Source of the DNA: Candidatus Thorarchaeota archaeon
Lineage (GTDB): Archaea > Asgardarchaeota > Thorarchaeia > Thorarchaeales > Thorarchaeaceae
Assembly (NCBI GenBank): GCA_003345555.1
Contig: PRDJ01000065.1
Span: 1-22,162, forward strand
Length of the DNA: 22,162 bases
Direction: 5' to 3'
The notes under the pieces are model-generated. The model had not been told where the DNA came from and made no database searches. It saw only the letters and a program-made list of their open reading frames with translations. Position 1 is the first letter of the stretch; the number at the start of each line of letters is the position of its first letter. The translations under genes were made by a program, and so were the position numbers. Shown in pieces: positions 16,336 to 22,162 of this stretch.

Positions 16336-17583
16336 TCAATAGCTCTGACGAAGGTCAAAAACTACCTTGATTGCATTTTCTTTCGCTTTCCGTTCACCGC
16401 ACCTGAACGCCGACTTGAAATCTTCTATCTTGAACCTGTGAGTGACTAGGTTACGGAATTTCTCCTGATCCTCTTCCATGATCTTGAGAGCCCGTTCCAT
16501 CGTCCCGAATCTCTCTCCTTCGAGAGTTTCGATGCCGTGCATCATCGACCCTCTGATTGTCAACTGCTTGTAAACCTGAAGAGCCCAGTCTGTCCTCTTT
16601 GTCGTGCCGAATCCCATACCTACGATCACGATCTTGCCATTGCTTCTTACCAAATGCAGAGCATCGTCCAGACTGGAGTCGGTGCCCACCGCATCGAAGA
16701 TGACGTCGGGACCAGAATCGCCGTAGACGATCTTCCTTCCTCTCTTGGGCTTGAATAATGCACCCTCAGTCCGTGCGGCTATTCTCTCATAGAGGCGCTC
16801 CCGTGACTGCTCGGAAACCACATCATCTGCGCCAAGTCTCTTGGCAGCTTCGGCCTGAAACCCGTACTTAGCAATGGCTATTGTCCTGCATTCGGGCGCT
16901 AGAACGCGAAGCGAAGCCACCGCCATCAGACCGATAACTCCTCCTCCAATAACAACGACCTTGTCATTGACTTGAGGCCGGTTCCTCGCAACTGCGTGCA
17001 AGCTCACGCTCAGAGGCTCAGCCAGAACCGCAATTTCATCAGGCAGCGAGGGTGGGACCCTTGTGAACTGCTTGGCGAATGCCACGAAGTACTCGCTGAA
17101 ACCTCCTCCGCTAAAGCCGCCAAACTGTCCTCTTCCCCCATATTCATTCTCAATCTGAGAGCCATCACCCATTCCTGCAAGTGTGCGGCAGGTCTCATAG
17201 TGACCATTCCTGCAACTCGGGCATAACGCAAAACCGTACGCCTCACACGGAGCGACTGGTGAATGGGTTACTCGATCTCCAACGCTGAGGTCTGTGACGT
17301 TGTCTCCAACCTCCACAACATCTGCTACTACTTCATGACCGAATGGAAACGGATTCTCTCGTCTCGCAAGGATGCTTGCAGAGTATGGCAGGTTGACATT
17401 GATTTGGTGGATGTCGGAAGTGCAAATCCCGGCTATGCGTGTCCTCACCTTGATCTGTGTTGGATGCCTGATTTCAGGCACTGGCCAGTCGTCACGATAT
17501 CTAATCATAGAGAATTTCCGGCCAAGACCGACCTTCTTGAGGACAACTTTGGGTATGTTTAGGTCATACATGATGCCCTTCAA
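16336..17583 (-). CDS. Zn-dependent alcohol dehydrogenase (MDR family, threonine dehydrogenase-like)
   Basis: AGICTSD, FGHE, structural Zn PC..LCPSC..C and Rossmann VIGGGVIG. SD GAGGTG 6 nt before TTG 17583 (track start 17592). Confidence 0.92.
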   Translation of the reverse strand: MKGIMYDLNIPKVVLKKVGLGRKFSMIRYRDDWPVPEIRHPTQIKVRTRIAGICTSDIHQINVNLPYSASILARRENPFPFGHEVVADVVEVGDNVTDLSVGDRVTHSPVAPCEAYGFALCPSCRNGHYETCRTLAGMGDGSQIENEYGGRGQFGGFSGGGFSEYFVAFAKQFTRVPPSLPDEIAVLAEPLSVSLHAVARNRPQVNDKVVVIGGGVIGLMAVASLRVLAPECRTIAIAKYGFQAEAAKRLGADDVVSEQSRERLYERIAARTEGALFKPKRGRKIVYGDSGPDVIFDAVGTDSSLDDALHLVRSNGKIVIVGMGFGTTKRTDWALQVYKQLTIRGSMMHGIETLEGERFGTMERALKIMEEDQEKFRNLVTHRFKIEDFKSAFRCGERKAKENAIKVVFDLRQSY

Positions 17584-17690
17584 TGGCGGCACCTCATTTC
17601 GCAGTTGTATGTGGTCTTACCATAGTAATCTAGCACCTCACTATTACATCTGAGCCACGCCAGAGGCAACATGTATCTGAACCCCTGCCT

Positions 17691-18179
17691 TCAGATACCC
17701 TCTTGCTGTCCGGGATAAAATGGTCTGTCGCAGTTCTGACATCTGACTGTTCCATTTTCCAGTACCTTGTCTGGAGGATACTGGTAGATTGCTCCGCAGG
17801 ACGGGCACTTGGCTCCCTTGAGCCTGTATTCGGTAGGAATGAATTCATACTGCCAGCCATGCTGTAATGCGAGTCCTTCTATCAGTTTCCGGAAAGTTGA
17901 TTCAGCTGCATCCTGAGCCCCCCAACTTATCCTGAGAAGCCCAGCTCCACCTGCTAGCGCCAAGCACTGAACCTTGCAGGTATTGGCAGCGACGTCGTGC
18001 TCTACAACAACTACGACTGCCTGTTCTGACAACGTGCGAAGGACGAGTTCGTCTCTTACGAAAACGGCGTTGACCTGAGCGGGGCTATGCCAAATCCTCT
18101 TGAGGGCTGTCGAATACTTCTCAGACAGTGACTGAAGGAGTACGTCAATCTCCAGACCACTTATGGCATACGTTATCAT
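17691..18179 (-). CDS. Hypothetical protein with DUF6054-like N-terminal domain and C-terminal MJ0042-type Zn ribbon
   Basis: Ends in CPSCGAIY-x10-VRCQNCDRPF. The N-terminal alpha/beta region (AVFVRD...LAGGAG..ISWGAQDAAES) is recalled as DUF6054-like. Likely start ATG 18179 (track 18194). Confidence 0.75.
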   Translation of the reverse strand: MITYAISGLEIDVLLQSLSEKYSTALKRIWHSPAQVNAVFVRDELVLRTLSEQAVVVVVEHDVAANTCKVQCLALAGGAGLLRISWGAQDAAESTFRKLIEGLALQHGWQYEFIPTEYRLKGAKCPSCGAIYQYPPDKVLENGTVRCQNCDRPFYPGQQEGI

Positions 18180-18308
18180 GCTGCACCATGTCATCCCAAG
18201 GTCACACTTAGAGTTTGCGGACTCAGTATGTATCCAAGGGCGCTGCTACAAGAGCACATGCTTTGACAGGCGGTTTTATAGACTGCTGCAATTACCTATT
18301 CTCGCAGG

Positions 18309-19124
18309 ACGCATCGGAGGTATTTCAGAGCGGATTTCAGCTACTTCACCGACCGAGAGTATGAAGACGTCTTCAACAGCCTTGGAGGAGTGAGGGTCAG
18401 GATCGCTGAGCTAATGCGCGTCCAATGCAATGACACAGTGAGTATCATTCTTGATCTTCCAGCTGGGCACGGATATCTCAGTGCTGAGTTTGCCCAACTC
18501 TTTCCCAAGACAGATGTCACTGGGCTGGGTCTTCCGAGTGACTTCAAAACACACTTCGGGCTCAGGGCCAGCAGAGCCTACCCTCGTTTTATATGGTCTC
18601 GAACACACTACCTCGGATGCGACTGCACGCATCTTGCATTGAAGGATTCGTCCTGCGACATGGTTGTCAACTTCCTTGGGCTAGAAGATGTCATGATGAC
18701 ACGAGGACAGAAAGGTGTAGACAACACGCTCTCGGAAATGGTCCGCGTCGTTAAGGATCACGGCTTGGTGCAAATCGCCATTGTCGGATATGGAAAATCA
18801 CCCGAGTAACAGATAGCCTCAGAGATCTGGAACACAATCGGTCTCAATGCAGTCTTTCTCCCATGAGGCGGGTATGTGGACAAACTCGAGAAACTTGGGC
18901 TCCACGCAAAAACAGAGACAAGATACGAGTTCAGAAAAAAAGATGAACGCCAAGCAGGCTAAGGAAGAGCTGCTATTCGCTGTGAGAAGACCCCTGACAT
19001 ATTCGCTCCGTTTGGGGTGAGTGCCATCTCGTTTCAGGAACTGTGGGGCAGGTTCGGCAAGAGGATTGGGAAGTATGGCATGGCTTACTGGTCCAACTTC
19101 CGTGTTGTGGTTTTGTCAAAGTGA
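18309..19124 (+). pseudogene. Class I SAM-dependent methyltransferase pseudogene
   Basis: Motif I ILDLPAGHG, post-II DSSCDMVV and EMVRVVK. Lesions: probable ATG>ACG at 18309, TAA 18807, TGA 18864, +1 shift at the A7 run 18935-18941 and -1 shift near 18980. The frame then resumes (CEKTPDIFAPFGV...YWSNFRVVVLSK) to TGA 19122-19124. TTTTATA at 18274-18280 lies upstream. Confidence 0.85.
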
Positions 19125-19634
19125 CTCTCGCGAGCTGAGTCACGTACAGGATGTCTTCTGCGACTTAGTCTGCTTCTGCTCGACCAAGACTATCGCGTCC
19201 TATGGATTGCCGAAGGACGCACTCGGTTTTTTTAAAAGAGGAGTCATAGTCCTCATCGTCTCTTTTGCGGGATAAATATCACCGAACTAGGTCACGAGAT
19301 GTGACTCTCTCCCGTGACCCTCAGACGTGGCTTCGCATTATATACTGAACCTGAGTAATGGTACTCGTGAAACAAAATGGCACACGAAAGCAACACCCGG
19401 AACATGTCTGTGATCAAGAACAGAAAGCCAATCACGATACAATCGACTGATGCAATCGCCTACGCATTCGCACCGATTGTGAAGTGAGCGCGATAGAAGG
19501 AACCAAGAGACTCGAACTATTCACTTACAATTAACTTCCGTCGAGGCGAAGCTCTCTGATTCCGACTATCGCATTTACCTATCTCCGAAGGTAGGTACCA
19601 GAGCATCGCTAGCCACGTATGTCGAGACGGGCTC

Positions 19635-20060
19635 TTAGACTGTCTTTACGTCTATTTCATGATAACACGCGGGGCAAGTCAAAGTTCGGGAACTGGACCA
19701 GTCGACCCGTTGAAGGTCAATCGCGTTTCCGCAATGCGGGCAGTGCGTCGGAATCATGAAGTGCCCCCCTTTTGTGCGCATGTACGCGCTGGACAGCCCG
19801 TCAGCGATTTGCTGATCTTCCGGAGTGACTAGACCATCTCTCGTTTGTAGCTCGGCATTCTGCGCCCACCTCGAAATGGCGAGTACCCCCAATCCCACGA
19901 CACCGAAAACTACCAGCATCGCTAGGAAGATTGGCATCATTATCGGCAGCGCGTACTCCGCAACTCCCAGAGCTTCAAGAACTATGAAAGCAATGATTAC
20001 GGGCAGGAGCAAACTGAACCCTATAGCAGCGCAAGCATATCTACCACTTGGCGTACTCAT
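19635..20060 (-). CDS. 2-TM membrane protein with C-terminal Zn ribbon
   Basis: Two hydrophobic helices at aa 9-63, then CPHC-x17-CPAC. CTTATAT box about 35 nt upstream. Confidence 0.8.
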   Translation of the reverse strand: MSTPSGRYACAAIGFSLLLPVIIAFIVLEALGVAEYALPIMMPIFLAMLVVFGVVGLGVLAISRWAQNAELQTRDGLVTPEDQQIADGLSSAYMRTKGGHFMIPTHCPHCGNAIDLQRVDWSSSRTLTCPACYHEIDVKTV

Positions 20061-20370
20061 TTCTGCTCAATGGCTCAGTTGCTCGTCCATAGGATATAAG
20101 CAGTAGTGTGATTTCCAGAGCCGAAGTGGACCGTCTCCTGTCCCCTACAGCGCAGCGCTGACAGATTTTCGCAAGTGAAGCCAAATATGAAGAAAAGACA
20201 AAGCTGCCAGTAGGAGTCAGCCAGATGTGTCAAGAGCATCCTTTCGAATTGACATGATTAATGCGGACAAGCTGTTTGCAGGCTCCTGGCATTCTGCAAT
20301 TAAGCCACCAGATAGGTGTAGACACGTCTCGGACATCTGGAGCTGTGCCTTTCTTGTTCGATTTGACTGT

Positions 20371-20416
20371 GCAAAGCTTAAATGCATCTGGCACGGTTGT
20401 TGATTAAAAGGGAGGT
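20371..20416 (+). promoter_or_regulatory. BRE/TATA and SD for the polytopic membrane gene
   Basis: GCAAAG-CTTAAAT (20371-20383) and GGAGGT (20411-20416) before TTG 20423. Confidence 0.65.
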
Positions 20417-20422
20417 AGCTGA

Positions 20423-21811
20423 TTGCCAGTTCCATTCTTTTCAGGCCTCGGTGTGTTCTTCAAGACAAGACGATACGTCGCTTACCTGACTATATTTGTA
20501 GCCACAACGTTCCTTGCGCTGTACATGACCGCTATGATTGGAGGGTCGGTCGGCACTCCGCTCGAAACGTTGCTTGTGAACTTCTTCGTGTATACAGGTG
20601 CAACGGGCGCGATATACTTCGCAATAGGATCATTCCTATGCACTGCAAAGCTCGACTCGCTCTGGATTACGAGAAGGGGTCGAGGAAGAGTGACCGAACT
20701 CAAGGGAATCGCATGGATGGCAATCTCTTTTGCGATTGCCGTGTTCGTGTCCGTTGTTCTTGGGCATAGTGCACTGTACTTCTTCGCAGTATTCGGCTGG
20801 CTAGGCTGGATTGCTTTTCAGGCATATCTATCTGCGAGGACTAGTCTAAGAGTGGCGACTATAGCCGAACCAAAGAAGGGCGGGGTCGCCATTGGCCTCG
20901 GGAGCCTCTTCATTCTGCTGATTGGCCTTGGCTTGATTGGTGCCGAGGCGCTTGCCGCACTCTGGCTCATTCCTCAGAACGTCTTTGGACTCGGCACTCT
21001 GGTCTCTGGCATCTTTGCTACTGCGCTAGGCAACCTTGCTCTATATCACGATGGACTCATCATAGCTTACCTTATGATGGGCTTGTTTGGCCTGGTTTCT
21101 CTCCTCACATTCTTCCGATATGCCAGAAGGGGATCAGCACTCAATGTTGCACTGTTGACTCTGTTCATTGCTTTGTATGCAGGGTATTTCTTGGTCAACG
21201 TGATGCGTCGTCAAGCGCCGCAGCTGAGCTTGGGGGATGTGGCGATATCAGTCTTCTTCTTGGTGTACGCAATGAGCGGCATTGGGCGAACTGTGACAGA
21301 GTCGGTTGAGGAATCTCGCATGCGGCTTCGAGACCTAGGCCCCTTGTTGACATTCTTTCTGGCCAGCGGCTATTTCTTCGTGGACTCCATCCTAATGATA
21401 GCGGCCGTCCCCGGATCGACAATCGCGAGTTGGTTTGGCAGCAACCCCTGGGTGACGAATGCCACGGCAACGTATCTGTTCAAGGACATAGCGAAGCTCA
21501 CTGTATTCCCACTTGCGGGAATATTCTCTTCCCTTTTCTATCTCAGAGTGCAACGAACGGAGAGGATCATAGAGAAGGTCCGGGAGGCTGGCGAGCAGCC
21601 CGAGCCCGGCAAGGTGGACAAAGACATAGCCCGGAGAATGCCAGTTCCCGGTGAGTCATGGCCAAGTGAAACGGCCCAGGGCATCAAGGAAGGCAAACCC
21701 GGTCATGATTTGTCTACTCCTTCACCGGGCAGGCTATCCTATGATGAATCGAAGAGACTCAAGCCCGGCAAGCGGCTTGGAGAAGAAGAAGAGGAAGAAG
21801 AAAAGAAGTAG
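20423..21811 (+). CDS. Polytopic membrane protein of unknown function (about 11 TMs) with a long charged C-terminal tail
   Basis: 462-aa ORF with successive hydrophobic segments and a tail ending GEEEEEEEKK; promoter and SD present. Confidence 0.85.
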   Translation: MPVPFFSGLGVFFKTRRYVAYLTIFVATTFLALYMTAMIGGSVGTPLETLLVNFFVYTGATGAIYFAIGSFLCTAKLDSLWITRRGRGRVTELKGIAWMAISFAIAVFVSVVLGHSALYFFAVFGWLGWIAFQAYLSARTSLRVATIAEPKKGGVAIGLGSLFILLIGLGLIGAEALAALWLIPQNVFGLGTLVSGIFATALGNLALYHDGLIIAYLMMGLFGLVSLLTFFRYARRGSALNVALLTLFIALYAGYFLVNVMRRQAPQLSLGDVAISVFFLVYAMSGIGRTVTESVEESRMRLRDLGPLLTFFLASGYFFVDSILMIAAVPGSTIASWFGSNPWVTNATATYLFKDIAKLTVFPLAGIFSSLFYLRVQRTERIIEKVREAGEQPEPGKVDKDIARRMPVPGESWPSETAQGIKEGKPGHDLSTPSPGRLSYDESKRLKPGKRLGEEEEEEEKK

Positions 21812-21823
21812 CATATACCCGAC

Positions 21824-21881
21824 TGGCCGCACGCCAAGTCCGGTGGCTTGAATTTTCCCATCTAGGACACGAGTGCGGCCA
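21824..21881. terminator. Inverted repeat between convergent genes
   Basis: TGGCCGCAC (21824-21832) / GTGCGGCCA (21873-21881), with an inner CAAGTC-CGGT-GGCTTG hairpin. Confidence 0.4.
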
Positions 21882-21905
21882 ATTCCTATCTTGGTAGGAC
21901 CCCGC

Positions 21906-22052
21906 CTAGAGAAGTGCTGCCGTCATCATTAGGATGAGAAGCACAAAGGTCGCGATTGCGCAGTTGACACAAGCGCCTTCCTGAATTTCTTGTTTGTCAC
22001 GTGGCGTTAGCTTGTCAGACTCCGCGAGTTCCTCTTTCTTTTTCGGCGACAT
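21906..22052 (-). CDS. Small 48-aa tail-anchored protein (below track threshold)
   Basis: MSPKKKEELAESDKLTPRDKQEIQEGACVNCAIATFVLLILMMTAALL*; SD GGAGG at 22060-22064 and TTTAAT at 22094-22099. Confidence 0.7.
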   Translation of the reverse strand: MSPKKKEELAESDKLTPRDKQEIQEGACVNCAIATFVLLILMMTAALL

Positions 22053-22162
22053 CTTGTATCCTCCAGACTTGAAACAGGCAGGGCACAGAGGGTATTAAAC
22101 TAAGCGTCTGTTGGCCGACGACATAGACCAGTGACTCGTTCTTACGCGATAGCGGTCAGGCT

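Noticed and set aside
18807-18866. Stop-codon readthrough (Sec/Pyl) in the methyltransferase
   Set aside because: One stop is TAA and there are also frameshifts; ordinary pseudogenisation explains it.
19125-19634. Possible decayed membrane gene on the minus strand (IVIGFLFLITDMFRVLLSCAILF) and short GTGAC/GTCAC inverted repeats
   Set aside because: Fragments are flanked by stops without a start, and the repeats are only 5-7 bp; not distinguishable from chance.
16248-21811. C-terminal ...RRKK and ...EEKK tails as COPI dilysine retrieval signals for the ear proteins
   Set aside because: Basic residues after a terminal TM are the ordinary positive-inside rule, the spacing is not KKxx, and dilysine motifs bind beta-propellers rather than ears.

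Overview
Archaeal chromosomal window, most likely Asgard (Thorarchaeota-like). This is inferred from the Sec11-type signal peptidase, TATA/BRE-like promoters, many 2-TM and Zn-ribbon hypotheticals, and eukaryote-like domains. Recognisable genes encode signal peptidase I, an Fe-S protein, gamma-glutamyltransferase, a TudS/DUF523-like protein, a secreted Zn-phospholipase C/nuclease-family surface protein, a TPR protein, aspartate ammonia-lyase, a DNRLRE surface protein and an MDR Zn-alcohol dehydrogenase. There is also a multiply disrupted methyltransferase pseudogene. The most interesting part is about 7.1-12.05 kb. Two tandem membrane-anchored paralogs there share a 264-aa C-terminal cassette (about 72% identical) that resembles an adaptin/coatomer appendage (ear: Ig sandwich plus platform) followed by a Zn ribbon. 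The longer paralog also carries UFL1-like winged-helix repeats. The same AAAGACYCTATA promoter-like motif precedes both paralogs and a GC-rich cloverleaf-like RNA element upstream of a TPR operon. Two small membrane ORFs missing from the ORF track were also found. No rRNA, canonical tRNA, CRISPR array or mobile element was seen. All family assignments are by eye from motif recall and need HMM or structure confirmation.
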